Both the position numbers and the translations under genes were made by a program. Below the pieces are notes generated by a model. The model made no database searches and was not told the DNA's origin. It saw only the letters and a list, made by a program, of their open reading frames with translations. A DNA stretch of 62,354 nucleotides, the filler included, from Deltaproteobacteria bacterium (GTDB lineage: Bacteria > JAEEML01), in NCBI GenBank assembly GCA_016283195.1. It is 5 parts of 5 records of this genome, joined end to end, with 100 filler letters (N's around TTAATTAATTAA, not from the genome) between each part and the next. Parts side by side here need not be neighbours in the genome. Positions count along the whole stretch, not along the records: positions 1 to 8,649 come from JAEEML010000163.1; positions 8,750 to 23,694 come from JAEEML010000165.1; 3 more parts are not named here. One strand, written 5' to 3'. Within the stretch, counting starts at the first letter, position 1. Each line of letters starts with the position of its first letter. This document shows, piece after piece, positions 1 through 9,736 of the stretch.

Positions 1-1563
1 AGCAGAACTTGGCGCAACCGGAGCTACAGTTTGCACCGGGACGGTAGCCATGACCGGAGCCTGTTCGGCAGTAGGCTCAGGGCGCACCAGCAGGGAATCA
101 TCGGAAAAAGATGAATTGCCGGCAGGAGCGGCTGGGGCCTCATCGTCAGGCGGGGCAAAATCATTAGTGAGCTCCAAAGCTTGGGATGGATCAACGGCAA
201 AATCTAGGTCGCTACCGCCATCTGGTGCTAAGGAGGTTGGTTCTATAAGAGTAGCGCTACTGTCTTCGGCCGTAGTACCAATGGTGTCTAAGAGATCCGG
301 TGTGCTGTCAATGAGATCGCCTGCGGCATCTGAAGTTAAATCAATGTCTTCGGCCGGTAAATCGGGCAAATCTATTGAGGCATCAATAGCCGGAGCTGGG
401 GAAGGAGCAGGTGCCGGTTCCGGGGTTATCATGGTTAAAGTATCGGCCTTGGGCATTTCCGGCGGTGGTGGCAAGGGAACTTCCGGCAAGGGTAAATCAC
501 TGATAAAAGATGGAGCCTTTTTCGGCATATCCGGCAAAGCTATGGTATCGGAATTAGCAAATTCAAAGCTTTTGTTGCCTGCCGGAGGAATTGTCGGGAT
601 CTTAGTTTCATCTAAGAGAGAGGTGTCCTTGTCTAAGCCGGCAATGGCTCCCAAATCCGGGAGAGCAATCGGTGCTTCTTCCGGAGCCTTAGTCATAGCC
701 GGAGCCGGTGGTGGCGGCGGAGCAATTGGCACAAAATCCGGGAGAGCAATCGGTGCTTCTTCCGGCGCTTGTACCTGTGCCGGAGCGGGTGGCGGCGGCG
801 GAGCAATTGGCGCAAAATCAGGCAAGGCAATCGGAGCCTCTTCCTGTGCCTTAGGCGCAGCCGGAGCCGGTGGCGGCGGCGGGGGAGCAATCGGCGCAAA
901 ATCAGGTAAAGCAATTGGCGCCTCTTCCGGAGCCTTAGCTATAGCCGGAGCCGGTGGCGGCGGCGGAGCAATTGGCGCAAAATCAGGCAAAGCAATTGGC
1001 GCTTCTTCCGGCGCTTTAGCCATAGCCGGAGCCGGCGGCGGAGCAGATAGATCAGGTAATTCTATTGGAGCATTGGCAATTGGCGGCATTAGCGGATTAT
1101 CGGCCATACCGGCGCCCATTTCCGGCAATAGAGCGGCATCAAATGATGAATCAATATCACTTGATAAATCGCTGTCGGCTTGGTCACTGCCGCTGGCGGC
1201 AAACGGTGCAAAGCCCATTTCCGGAAAAAGCACCTCTTCATTGTTTTTTACTGTCGGCACAACAGGAGCCGAAGGAACAATCGGTGCCGAGGGCATTACC
1301 GGTGCCGCCGGCATAGTAGGTGCCGCCGAACCCAGTGGGGCAATGTCCAGCGATGGCAAATCAAAATGGGCTTCAGGCTTTAAAATTTCGGTTGGTAAAC
1401 GCCGAGCCTGCTTAATTTCGGCCGCACTTGGCGGTAAAATATCACTTAAATCCGGCAACTCAATGGCATTATCATTTTTTTGTATCGGTGCCCCGCAAAA
1501 CGGACAATGGGTTGGCGTGATAGCGGCAGCCGGCAACTGTTGTTTGCACTTGGAACATTGCAT
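1..1563 (-). CDS. Zinc-ribbon N-terminal protein with long Pro/Ala-rich repetitive linker (3' end runs off window)
   Basis: Not in ORF track because there is no stop in the window. Translation from ATG at 1563 gives MQCSKCKQQLPAAAITPTHCPFCGAP (CxxC..CPxC), then APEEAPIALPDFAPIAPPPPP repeats. Co-oriented with the cyclophilin operon, 13 bp after its stop. Confidence 0.85.
   Translation of the reverse strand, partial: MQCSKCKQQLPAAAITPTHCPFCGAPIQKNDNAIELPDLSDILPPSAAEIKQARRLPTEILKPEAHFDLPSLDIAPLGSAAPTMPAAPVMPSAPIVPSAPVVPTVKNNEEVLFPEMGFAPFAASGSDQADSDLSSDIDSSFDAALLPEMGAGMADNPLMPPIANAPIELPDLSAPPPAPAMAKAPEEAPIALPDFAPIAPPPPPAPAIAKAPEEAPIALPDFAPIAPPPPPPAPAAPKAQEEAPIALPDFAPIAPPPPPAPAQVQAPEEAPIALPDFVPIAPPPPPAPAMTKAPEEAPIALPDLGAIAGLDKDTSLLDETKIPTIPPAGNKSFEFANSDTIALPDMPKKAPSFISDLPLPEVPLPPPPEMPKADTLTMITPEPAPAPSPAPAIDASIDLPDLPAEDIDLTSDAAGDLIDSTPDLLDTIGTTAEDSSATLIEPTSLAPDGGSDLDFAVDPSQALELTNDFAPPDDEAPAAPAGNSSFSDDSLLVRPEPTAEQAPVMATVPVQTVAPVAPSSA
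655..1045 (-). repeat. Five coding tandem repeats of ~81 bp (27 aa, KAPEEAPIALPDFAPIAPPPPPAPA)
   Basis: The motif gcaatYggNgcYtcttcc recurs at 665, 746, 827, 911 and 992 (periods 81, 81, 84, 81). Confidence 0.9.
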
Positions 1564-1576
1564 TGTTTTGGCCTTT

Positions 1577-2170
1577 TTATTTGTTGTAATATTCTATTTC
1601 CACTTTTTCTAAAACAACATCATTTATAGGGCGATCACCAGGAAGAGTAGGAACATTAGCTATCCGGCTGACAACCTCTAAACCCTCGATAATTTTGCCA
1701 AATACGGCATGATGATCATCGAGCCACGGAGTGGCTACCTCGGTGATAAAAAATTGTGAGCCGTTGCTGGATGGGCCGGCATTGGCCATAGAGAGCACAC
1801 CGGGGCCATCATGGCGCAGAGCTTTGTTAAATTCATCGCCAAAGCGATAACCCGGGCCACCGCGGCCGTTACCGAGAGGATCGCCGCCCTGGATCATAAA
1901 TTCCGGAATAACACGGTGAAAAATGGTGCCATCATAGAGTGGGCGGTTGGTCTTTTCGCCGGTTTTGGGATCTTCCCAGGCGATTTTCCCCTGAGCCAGG
2001 CCGATAAAATTAGAGACTGTGCGCGGGGCATCGTGGCAGAATAGCTCGGCTGTCATGTCGCCGAGGTTAGTATGAAAATGGGCTCTAATACCTTGATTAG
2101 AGGCAAATTCTTCAACATATGGAGGCTCGTTACCGGTGAATTGTGGACCCTTTTTCCCAAATATTCCCAT
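1577..2170 (-). CDS. Cyclophilin-type peptidyl-prolyl cis-trans isomerase
   Basis: Motifs YDGTIFHRVIPEFMIQGGDP, LSMANAGPSSNGSQFFIT and WLDDHHAVFG. Confidence 0.97.
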   Translation of the reverse strand: MGIFGKKGPQFTGNEPPYVEEFASNQGIRAHFHTNLGDMTAELFCHDAPRTVSNFIGLAQGKIAWEDPKTGEKTNRPLYDGTIFHRVIPEFMIQGGDPLGNGRGGPGYRFGDEFNKALRHDGPGVLSMANAGPSSNGSQFFITEVATPWLDDHHAVFGKIIEGLEVVSRIANVPTLPGDRPINDVVLEKVEIEYYNK

Positions 2171-2925
2171 TAGTTACTCCTTAATACCCCTAGCTGGCTA
2201 TTGGGGCCGATTATTTTAGCCGCCTGTTTGCGGTGGCGAATAAAGGCAATTAAATTTACACAAAATACCAGGCCCAGAACAGAAAAAACAATCGCGTATG
2301 GCAGGCGGTTTTCTCCCGGCTTCTGGCCAACTTGGATAAAACGTACGTTGTCACCCACGTTAAAGAGGTACTTTGTGCGGTAAAAATCGAGCAAAGAATT
2401 AAAGCTGCGGTCTATGCGGGCATCAACTACGCGGCCGCTGACTTTAACTTCCTGCATTGGTTCATATTTTTTGCCTTCTTCGGCTTCCAGAAAAACTCGG
2501 CTGCCTGCCAGGTGAAAATAATGATACTCGCGAATATTGGGGTTTAAATTGCGCATTCTTTTTACGGAAGCTGCTCTGTGGTCGGTTACCCCTTCGATAG
2601 TTACAAAATCATTATGGTGCAATTTGTTAATATCGAGAGCATCGGCAGCCCCCAAAGCCAGAGGCTGGCGAACCGGGGCAAAGTGGTAGGCCAGCTCATC
2701 GCGCGTATCCAGCACAAAATAGGCTGAAAGAAGGCAAAAAGAAAACATAATCAACAAGTTAAAGCGCTCACGCTGGCGGTGACGACGAAATTTGCGAATC
2801 TTTTGATAGAGCTCTTCGTCATTGGCATTTTTGGCGGCTTCTTCCAAACTATCAAGATCCGCCACCAAGCGTTGATTACCAAAATAATCAAAATCTTTAA
2901 GAGAATGCACTTTCTTTTGGCTCAT
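2170..2925 (-). CDS. Hypothetical membrane protein (two hydrophobic helices flanking a soluble domain)
   Basis: 251-aa ORF with TM segments LLIMFSFCLLSAYFVL and YAIVFSVLGLVFCVNLIAF. Its stop overlaps the cyclophilin start. Confidence 0.8.
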   Translation of the reverse strand: MSQKKVHSLKDFDYFGNQRLVADLDSLEEAAKNANDEELYQKIRKFRRHRQRERFNLLIMFSFCLLSAYFVLDTRDELAYHFAPVRQPLALGAADALDINKLHHNDFVTIEGVTDHRAASVKRMRNLNPNIREYHYFHLAGSRVFLEAEEGKKYEPMQEVKVSGRVVDARIDRSFNSLLDFYRTKYLFNVGDNVRFIQVGQKPGENRLPYAIVFSVLGLVFCVNLIAFIRHRKQAAKIIGPNSQLGVLRSN

Positions 2926-3030
2926 AAAACTGCCTTACCTAAAGCGCCAATAGTCATGGCGATGCCAGAGAATAGCGGAAACAGAAGGAGTTTTAAAGGA
3001 ATTTTTTTTATCTGCAACATGGTGACCAAT

Positions 3031-5040
3031 TTAGCTTTTTTTATAACATTTTCCCACGATGGTAAGGCAGGAATAGCCGCCGGCGCAATGTTCATCCTTT
3101 TCGCAGCCGCAGCTACCGATAGACGAGTCTGCATCTTTATTGCATTTATGGCCAAGTGTTTCTGCGCAATCTTCATCTTTTTGGCAACCGCAAACGCGAT
3201 ATGGATCATCGCGCTCTACTGTGAGGCATAGCTTACCGGCATTATTTCCGGCGCATTGCTCATTTGTGAGGCAGACGTTGCAAGTTTTCCAGGTCGGATC
3301 GCAAACTGTAAAGCCCGGATTATTGGTACAATCGCTATCGGTGCGGCACTCTATGCAGCTGCCGGCCTGGCAATACTTATGATAGGCATCATTCCGCGGG
3401 CAATCATCGGCCGTATCGCAGGCCGAGTGGTAACAAAGATGGCCTGAGCAAATGTAGTCGCCGGCTTCTCCGCCGTGGAAGGAGGCACAATTAGCGGCAT
3501 TTTTACACTCAAAAGTGCAAAAGTTCTTCTCGGCGTTGGCGTTTGTGATGCTGCAAAAATAGTCAAAATTATCTCTTATATTGCAATCGAGATAATCCAG
3601 GCAAGGCTCGGAAACGGCAGCTTTATAGGCCCTGAAAGAGCTATCCAAATAGCAGTATTTATTGCACTTTGTTCTTGGATAAGCCACTTTGTTGCACTCG
3701 CTGCCTGTGGTGCAGGCTACACCGTTTTCGGCCTTTATATTTATTTCATAGGTGCTGGGAGTGTCAGCGGTGACATCGGTTAAGATAGCATTTAGGTCCT
3801 TGGAACCATCGTATTCCAGGGCCAGGGAAAATCTGGATACCATAAAGAGCAGGGGCTTTGAAGCCGGCCATTTGAGTGCGCGAAAAGTGATGAGTAGATT
3901 ACATTCTTTGGTGAATTTTGTGTCTGTGCAGGTCTCTTTGCCGCTTGCATCAGTGGTGCAATTTGCCGGTATTTGTTTGCCTTTTTGGCAAAGTTCCCAA
4001 TCAGCTATATCGAAGCTGCCGCCATCTAAAATACGTCCGCTGGCGGGGTCTAAAAGTGAGCCGATGAAGTAGAGCGAGGAAGAGCCGGTGACAGTGATTT
4101 CCACATCAATCACCGAGTCGCTGGAGCTATCTACCTCAATTTGATAAAAATCGCCTTCGCCCTTATTGCAAACCTTAAGATTTTTTTGCTCAAAGGATTC
4201 ACCGGGCTTTATTTTAATAGCGTAAGGTGCCAGAAAATTATCATTATTTTGCGTAGTTTCGGCAACTGCTTCCAGCAGATCATCATCGCCACCGCAGTGC
4301 TCGGCAATCTCTGCCTCCGACGTGCAATAGCGGGTAATGTCAAAATTCTGATCATCTCTGGTGATGGTGCATCTGGGTGAATTTTCTTTAAAAATAGCAC
4401 AATCATTATTTGTAAGGCATTCACCCCATACGCATTTTTTGCTATCAGGGGCGCAGGAGAGCTCCACATAATGGCAATCATCATTCGTTTGGCAATATGT
4501 GGTACAAACACCGCCTAAATAGATGTTGCAATATTTCCCGGTGTCGCATTCTTCATCGCTGGAGCAAGTCGGTATGCCGGTGACAGTTAGAGTGTAGGGC
4601 ACGCCATGCGAAGTTGATACTTTATAGCCAAAAGCGGCAATGTAATATTCTCCGGGCGCCAGTGATAAATCCTCAATAATTTCCGGGTTATTATAGTAAG
4701 TACTGGCCAGTTCCTCCTCATCTTCGTCTAAAATGTATAAATCCAGGTCATCGGCTTCGTCGAAGGAAAGAGTCACGGTGTAGATGGTGGCAATATCCAC
4801 GGTTAATTTGTACATCATAACGCCGTCATAACAAATATAACCACTGTGACTAAAATTGGTGCCATCGGTTATATTGATGGCATTTTCAAAAGTTTCATAA
4901 TCCTTAGAACACTTGGAAGAGGTGGGAGCAGGGGGAGCCGGAATGTTCGGTGGCCGCTTGATTTCGTCTTCGGGATGGTGACAAGCGGAGGCTAATAAGG
5001 AAAAAACAAAAGCAAGCGCTATGTATTTATTTTTGAACAT
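3031..5040 (-). CDS. Cys-rich lipoprotein with pre-peptidase C-terminal (PPC)-like domains
   Basis: Lipobox LASAC. DLDLYILD..E..LAPGEYYI is a PPC signature. Many C-x4-5-C repeats. Confidence 0.8.
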   Translation of the reverse strand: MFKNKYIALAFVFSLLASACHHPEDEIKRPPNIPAPPAPTSSKCSKDYETFENAINITDGTNFSHSGYICYDGVMMYKLTVDIATIYTVTLSFDEADDLDLYILDEDEEELASTYYNNPEIIEDLSLAPGEYYIAAFGYKVSTSHGVPYTLTVTGIPTCSSDEECDTGKYCNIYLGGVCTTYCQTNDDCHYVELSCAPDSKKCVWGECLTNNDCAIFKENSPRCTITRDDQNFDITRYCTSEAEIAEHCGGDDDLLEAVAETTQNNDNFLAPYAIKIKPGESFEQKNLKVCNKGEGDFYQIEVDSSSDSVIDVEITVTGSSSLYFIGSLLDPASGRILDGGSFDIADWELCQKGKQIPANCTTDASGKETCTDTKFTKECNLLITFRALKWPASKPLLFMVSRFSLALEYDGSKDLNAILTDVTADTPSTYEINIKAENGVACTTGSECNKVAYPRTKCNKYCYLDSSFRAYKAAVSEPCLDYLDCNIRDNFDYFCSITNANAEKNFCTFECKNAANCASFHGGEAGDYICSGHLCYHSACDTADDCPRNDAYHKYCQAGSCIECRTDSDCTNNPGFTVCDPTWKTCNVCLTNEQCAGNNAGKLCLTVERDDPYRVCGCQKDEDCAETLGHKCNKDADSSIGSCGCEKDEHCAGGYSCLTIVGKCYKKS

Positions 5041-5165
5041 AATTTATTGACTCCGATAAAATGGCGCAAAGAAAACGCGCAAACAAGCTGGTTATAGCCT
5101 TTTTTGTTAAAAGCTACAATGACAATTATCTAATTAAAGAGGTGAAAAAAATCTGAAAAAATAGC

Positions 5166-5194
5166 TTGACTTGGTAAAAGAACTTCACTAGAAG
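5166..5194 (+). promoter_or_regulatory. Putative sigma70 promoter for tRNA-Leu/glnS
   Basis: TTGACT-N17-TAGAAG, 10 bp before the tRNA, preceded by A-tracts. Confidence 0.55.
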
Positions 5195-5204
5195 GAGTTT
5201 CGGC

Positions 5205-5289
5205 GCCCAGATGGCGGAACTGGTAGACGCGCACGGTTCAGGTCCGTGTTCCTCACGGAATGGGAGTTCGATTCTCCCTCTGGGCACCA
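5205..5289 (+). tRNA. tRNA-Leu(CAG)
   Basis: Acceptor stem GCCCAGA/TCTGGGC with ACCA end, D-loop TGGTAGAC, anticodon arm CACGG-TTCAGGT-CCGTG, long variable arm, T-loop GTTCGATTC. 85 nt. Confidence 0.97.
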
Positions 5290-5331
5290 TTTAATTTGTT
5301 CCTCTCTTTTTTATTCAAAGGAAAATCACCC

Positions 5332-7038
5332 ATGGAAGCGGAAAAAACTTTGACCTCTGATGAAGCGTCAATGGCAAAAAGTTCTAATTTCATTAAGGAA
5401 ATAATAGCAGAAGATTTAAAGGCCGGGAAAAACGGCGGGCAGATTGTCACCAGATTTCCCCCTGAGCCCAACGGCTATTTGCACATCGGCCATGCCAAAG
5501 CTTTTTGCCTCGATTTTGGCCTGGCTAAAGAATTTGGCGGCCATTGCAACCTGCGCCTCGATGATACCAACCCCACCAAAGAAGATACCGAGTATGTGGA
5601 TGCTATTAAAGAGGATATTCACTGGCTGGGCTTTGATTGGGGCGACCATGAGTATTTTGCCTCCGACTATTTTGAGCAGCTTTATGAATGGGCTATCTAT
5701 TTGATTAAGCAGGGCAAAGCTTATGTGGATGATTCCACTGCCGAGGAGATCAAAGCCAGCCGTGGTACCCTCACTGAGCCGGGCAAACCCAGTAAATACC
5801 GCGATCGCTCAGTGGAGGAAAATCTGGATCTCTTTACCAGAATGCGGGCCGGCGAATTTGCTGATGGATCCAAGGTGCTAAGGGCCAAAATTGACATGGC
5901 TTCGCCCAATATTAACCTGCGTGACCCCACCATGTACCGCATTCGCCGCTTTCACCACCACCGCACCGGCGACAAATGGTGCATTTATCCTATGTATGAT
6001 TTTGCTCATGGCCAGAGCGATGCCATTGAAGGCGTGACGCACTCCATCTGTACTCTGGAATTTGAAATTCACCGCCCGCTTTACGACTGGTTTATTGCTA
6101 ACTTGCCGGTGCCGGCTAAGCCGCGCCAAATTGAGTTTGCCCGCCTTAATCTCACCTATACAGTTATGAGTAAGCGTAAGCTCTTAAAACTGGTGCAAGA
6201 AAAATATGTAAATGGCTGGGATGATCCGCGGATGCCCACTATTGCCGGACTCCGCCGCCGTGGCTATACTCCTGAATCTATTAGAAATTTTGCCGAGCGC
6301 ATTGGTGTGGCCAAGCGCGATTCCACGGTGGATGTAGCTCTTCTTGAGCACTGCGTGCGCGATGACCTTAATACCAAAGCGCCGCGCCTCATGGCAGTGC
6401 TCCATCCCCTAAAACTTATTATTGATAATTATCCGGAAGGGCAGGAAGAAAAGCTCACCGCTATCAATAACCCGGAAGATGAGAGCGCCGGCACCCGCGA
6501 GCTCACTTTTGGGCGCGAGCTCTTTATTGAGCGCGATGATTTTATGGAAGACCCGCCCAAAAAATATTTCCGCCTCTCTATTGGCAAAGAAGTGCGTCTG
6601 CGCTATGGCTACTATGTAACAGCTACCTCTGTTGATAAAGATGCCGAGGGCAATATCACGGCTGTGCACTGTACTTATGACCCGGCCACCAAGGGCGGCA
6701 GCTCGCCTGATGGGCGCAAAGTTAAAGGCACTATTCATTGGGTAAATGCCAAAACGGCGCTTTCAGCCGAAGTGCGCCTTTATGACCGCCTCTTTACTAA
6801 AGAAAACCCGGAAGAAGTGGCGGAAGGGGAAGACTTTACCGCCAATTTAAATCCCAATAGTCTGGAAATTCTGTCTGATGTGCTTATTGAGCCCGATTTG
6901 GCCAAAGTGCAAGTGGGCGACCATGTGCAATTTGAGCGCCAGGGCTATTTCACTTTAGATAAAGACAGCTCAAAAGAGCACCTCGTATTTAACCGCACTG
7001 TAGCGCTCAAAGATTCTTGGGCCAAGATAGCCGGGTAA
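5332..7038 (+). CDS. glnS: Glutamine--tRNA ligase
   Basis: [17 protein letters not shown] (HIGH), [24 protein letters not shown]. Start moved to ATG 5332 (RBS AAGGA) because the track ORF overlaps the tRNA. Confidence 0.97.
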   Translation: MEAEKTLTSDEASMAKSSNFIKEIIAEDLKAGKNGGQIVTRFPPEPNGYLHIGHAKAFCLDFGLAKEFGGHCNLRLDDTNPTKEDTEYVDAIKEDIHWLGFDWGDHEYFASDYFEQLYEWAIYLIKQGKAYVDDSTAEEIKASRGTLTEPGKPSKYRDRSVEENLDLFTRMRAGEFADGSKVLRAKIDMASPNINLRDPTMYRIRRFHHHRTGDKWCIYPMYDFAHGQSDAIEGVTHSICTLEFEIHRPLYDWFIANLPVPAKPRQIEFARLNLTYTVMSKRKLLKLVQEKYVNGWDDPRMPTIAGLRRRGYTPESIRNFAERIGVAKRDSTVDVALLEHCVRDDLNTKAPRLMAVLHPLKLIIDNYPEGQEEKLTAINNPEDESAGTRELTFGRELFIERDDFMEDPPKKYFRLSIGKEVRLRYGYYVTATSVDKDAEGNITAVHCTYDPATKGGSSPDGRKVKGTIHWVNAKTALSAEVRLYDRLFTKENPEEVAEGEDFTANLNPNSLEILSDVLIEPDLAKVQVGDHVQFERQGYFTLDKDSSKEHLVFNRTVALKDSWAKIAG

Positions 7039-7201
7039 GCTTGGATAAGCTTCTTCTTTCTTCCACCTCGTCAAAATAACTATATAACTATTTATAATAA
7101 TTATATATTATTTCTTTTTATAAAATTGGAAAATTGCTGGGGATGAACGAATATAAGGCGGTAAGTACCTTGTTGGTGATAAACTATTAGTCTGGTGAGG
7201 T

Positions 7202-8647
7202 TTAATAGATGTCAGTGCACATTCGGTGATAACAAGTGCCACCAAAGCAACAATAATTTCTACCGCCGCAACCGTTTCCTGTCTCATTTTCCAAATTGTA
7301 GCATGCATGTGTTGTTGTGTTGCATCCTTGGCAAGTACCGCAATCCCTATCATATGTGCAGCCCCCGTGGTGTTCACAAGAACCAGCACCATTGCAAGAA
7401 TAACCAGATGTGTTACAACCTTTACCAGTGCCGCCATATGAAACATTAGTACAGGTACCTGAGCTATTTCCATATGTGCAAGTACCGCAATCATAAGTAG
7501 TACAATAGTTATCGGAACAGTGATTACTTCTACATATAGTAGCCGCTCCTTCACTAGTATTTTTGAGATATGAATCGTAGCAATATGAACCATTAGTGGC
7601 TTTGTCTACACATAATCCGCTGCTATTGCAATATTTTCCACTGCCACATTGGTCACTTGATGTGCAATTAACACAAGCATCGCCGATACAAACGTGGTCT
7701 CCACAGCTGGAAGTGGAAGAACCGCAAACACCTTTGCCGGTGCAAGTAACAGTTGTCAAATAGCCATTTGAGCAGCTATTTGAGCCGCAGCTACTGGATA
7801 CTTCCGTGCAGGTACCGACAGAACCTAGCTGATTACAAGCATATATTACTTTATTGCTGCCGTTGCATTTGTCGTCTTGATTACAGGCGTTATCACAGCA
7901 AACACCATCTACACAGTGAGAGGTATCACATATATTATTGATATCGTCACCGGCTATTATTAATCCGCTATTACAATTGTCTCCCTGGCCGCGTTGTGAC
8001 ACACACTGGCCTTGTTTATTGCAAAAATAGCCGGTTGCGCAATCGCTGCTGGAAGTACATTTTGTGTTGCAAACGCCACCTTTACAAGCATAGGCCTGGC
8101 ATGAAATTGTGTTTGTGGTGCAAGTTCCCAAAGAATCATTTTTGTTGCAAATATGGGCCGAAACAGCATTGCCGGCGCAAGTATCAATATCGGCGCAGCT
8201 GTCATTACAGCACACACCATCCACGCAGTGGCCGGTTAAGCAAATAGAATCTATTCCATCGGTGGCTTCTTTAATCCTTCCGGCATTGCAGGTATCGCCG
8301 GCATTTAGTTTGGCAACACATATATTGGCTGAGCTGCAGTAATGGCCGGCAGAGCAATCGCTGTTTGCGGTACAGGTGGTGTTGCATTTGCCGCCGCTAC
8401 AGGTAAAAGCTTCACAGGAAGTCGGCACGGTGGTGCAGGTTCCAAGTGCGCTCTGGCTATTACAAACATAGGCAACAACCGAGCTGCCCTCGCAATAATC
8501 GTTTTCATTGCACTCTTTATTGCAGCACACCCCATCGGCGCAGTGTTTGGAAGAGCACTGGTTGTCGCCGGTGCAGCTTTCCCCCTGAGCCAGGAGCAGA
8601 GCGCAAGTGTCACCGGCGCAGTAAGTGGCGCTATTGCAATTGGCATC
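7202..8647 (-). CDS. Cys-rich repeat secreted protein, 5' end lost in assembly gap
   Basis: The frame stays open from the gap (DANCNSATYC...HCADGVCC). Repeated HCVDGVCCxxxC units of myxobacterial type. Confidence 0.85.
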   Translation of the reverse strand, partial: DANCNSATYCAGDTCALLLAQGESCTGDNQCSSKHCADGVCCNKECNENDYCEGSSVVAYVCNSQSALGTCTTVPTSCEAFTCSGGKCNTTCTANSDCSAGHYCSSANICVAKLNAGDTCNAGRIKEATDGIDSICLTGHCVDGVCCNDSCADIDTCAGNAVSAHICNKNDSLGTCTTNTISCQAYACKGGVCNTKCTSSSDCATGYFCNKQGQCVSQRGQGDNCNSGLIIAGDDINNICDTSHCVDGVCCDNACNQDDKCNGSNKVIYACNQLGSVGTCTEVSSSCGSNSCSNGYLTTVTCTGKGVCGSSTSSCGDHVCIGDACVNCTSSDQCGSGKYCNSSGLCVDKATNGSYCYDSYLKNTSEGAATICRSNHCSDNYCTTYDCGTCTYGNSSGTCTNVSYGGTGKGCNTSGYSCNGAGSCEHHGGCTYDRDCGTCQGCNTTTHACYNLENETGNGCGGRNYCCFGGTCYHRMCTDIY

Positions 8648-8649
8648 GC

Positions 8650-8749
8650 NNNNNNNNNNNNNNNNNNNNNNNNNNNNNNNNNNNNNNNNNNNNTTAATTA
8701 ATTAANNNNNNNNNNNNNNNNNNNNNNNNNNNNNNNNNNNNNNNNNNNN
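8650..8749. other. Artificial contig spacer
   Basis: N-run, TTAATTAATTAA (stops in six frames), N-run. 100 nt. Confidence 0.99.
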
Positions 8750-8998
8750 CATACCGATAACCGTGGCAATGCTGAGTTTAACCGCAAACTCTCCGATCAG
8801 CGCGCCAATGCCATCATGAAGAAACTGATACAAGACGGCGTTGATCCGGCGAGACTCAGTGCTATCGGGTATGTTAAGACAAAACCGATTAAGTCCAACA
8901 ACACTGCCGCCGGCCGTGCTGCCAACCGCCGTGTTGAGTTCAAGATTGTGGACGAAGACGGTTCAAATGCTACCCCTCAAGATTTCCCGCTACAATAA
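8750..8998 (+). CDS. OmpA-family peptidoglycan-binding C-terminal domain (5' truncated)
   Basis: HTDNRGNAEFNRKLSDQRA...GRAANRRVEF, read from the contig edge. Confidence 0.92.
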   Translation, partial: HTDNRGNAEFNRKLSDQRANAIMKKLIQDGVDPARLSAIGYVKTKPIKSNNTAAGRAANRRVEFKIVDEDGSNATPQDFPLQ

Positions 8999-9716
8999 GA
9001 TAATTGCTCTGATATCGGCTCTGGCACTGCATGGCGCAGTGCTGGGGCTCGATATAGAATCTCCGGCGCAGATTGCGCCTAAAGTAACTAAAATTGATTT
9101 CTACAAAATACCCAAACCCATCTCTGTAGAGCCTCTTCCGCCGCAAATAGAGCCGGTAATAAAACCCCAAAAAACGCCGCGCAAAAAAGCATTGCGGCCT
9201 AAAAAAGCTATTATTATGCCAGACCCGCCGGCAGTACTTGAAAAAACTCAGCTAGAACAGCCGGCTCCAACCCCGCCCGAACAACCGCCGGCTTTGGGAC
9301 TAAAACCAAGCGCCAATACCGCCAGCGATAATCAAGTAGTGGTAAATGCCGGCATTTCACTAAGCGGTATTGCCGGTGGTGCCGCTAATACCGAAAAAAA
9401 TGAAACAGCCCATAAAGTACGCACTGTTACCGCCGAAGCACTTAGCAAATTGCCAAAGCCCAAAGGCCCGTGCAATATTCCCTTTCCCGAAGAGGCTGAG
9501 CGGCTTGGTTTGGAAGGCGATGTAATTTTATCGCTCGATATTGATGAAAACGGAAAGGTATCTCATGTAAAATTATTAAAAGGTATCTCACCACTCTTGG
9601 ATCAAGCAGCCATTCGTGGTATTGAGAATTGTCGCTTTGTTCCGGCTCAAAGCGGCGGGGAAAAAGTAGCGGTTTTGGGCCTGACATACAGATATTCCTT
9701 TGTTCTGGAATTTTAA
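8967..9716 (+). CDS. tonB: Energy transducer TonB
   Basis: N-terminal TM with S-x3-H motif (ISALALH), Pro-rich linker, TonB_C domain FPEEAERLGLEGDV...FVPA. Start codon uncertain. Confidence 0.85.
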   Translation: MLPLKISRYNKIIALISALALHGAVLGLDIESPAQIAPKVTKIDFYKIPKPISVEPLPPQIEPVIKPQKTPRKKALRPKKAIIMPDPPAVLEKTQLEQPAPTPPEQPPALGLKPSANTASDNQVVVNAGISLSGIAGGAANTEKNETAHKVRTVTAEALSKLPKPKGPCNIPFPEEAERLGLEGDVILSLDIDENGKVSHVKLLKGISPLLDQAAIRGIENCRFVPAQSGGEKVAVLGLTYRYSFVLEF

Positions 9717-9736
9717 ACCGAAAGACAGGAGTTTAT

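Noticed and set aside
50-1612. 520-aa plus-strand Gly/Ala/Ser-rich ORF
   Set aside because: Antisense shadow of the minus-strand zinc-ribbon Pro-rich gene, which fits the operon direction and has a recognisable motif.
5260-5331. N-terminal extension of glnS in the ORF track
   Set aside because: It overlaps tRNA-Leu, and a better RBS and ATG are at 5332.
8650-8749. TTAATTAATTAA palindromic motif repeated four times in the window
   Set aside because: Artificial six-frame-stop linker within N padding, not biological. ORFs containing X that cross it are artefacts.
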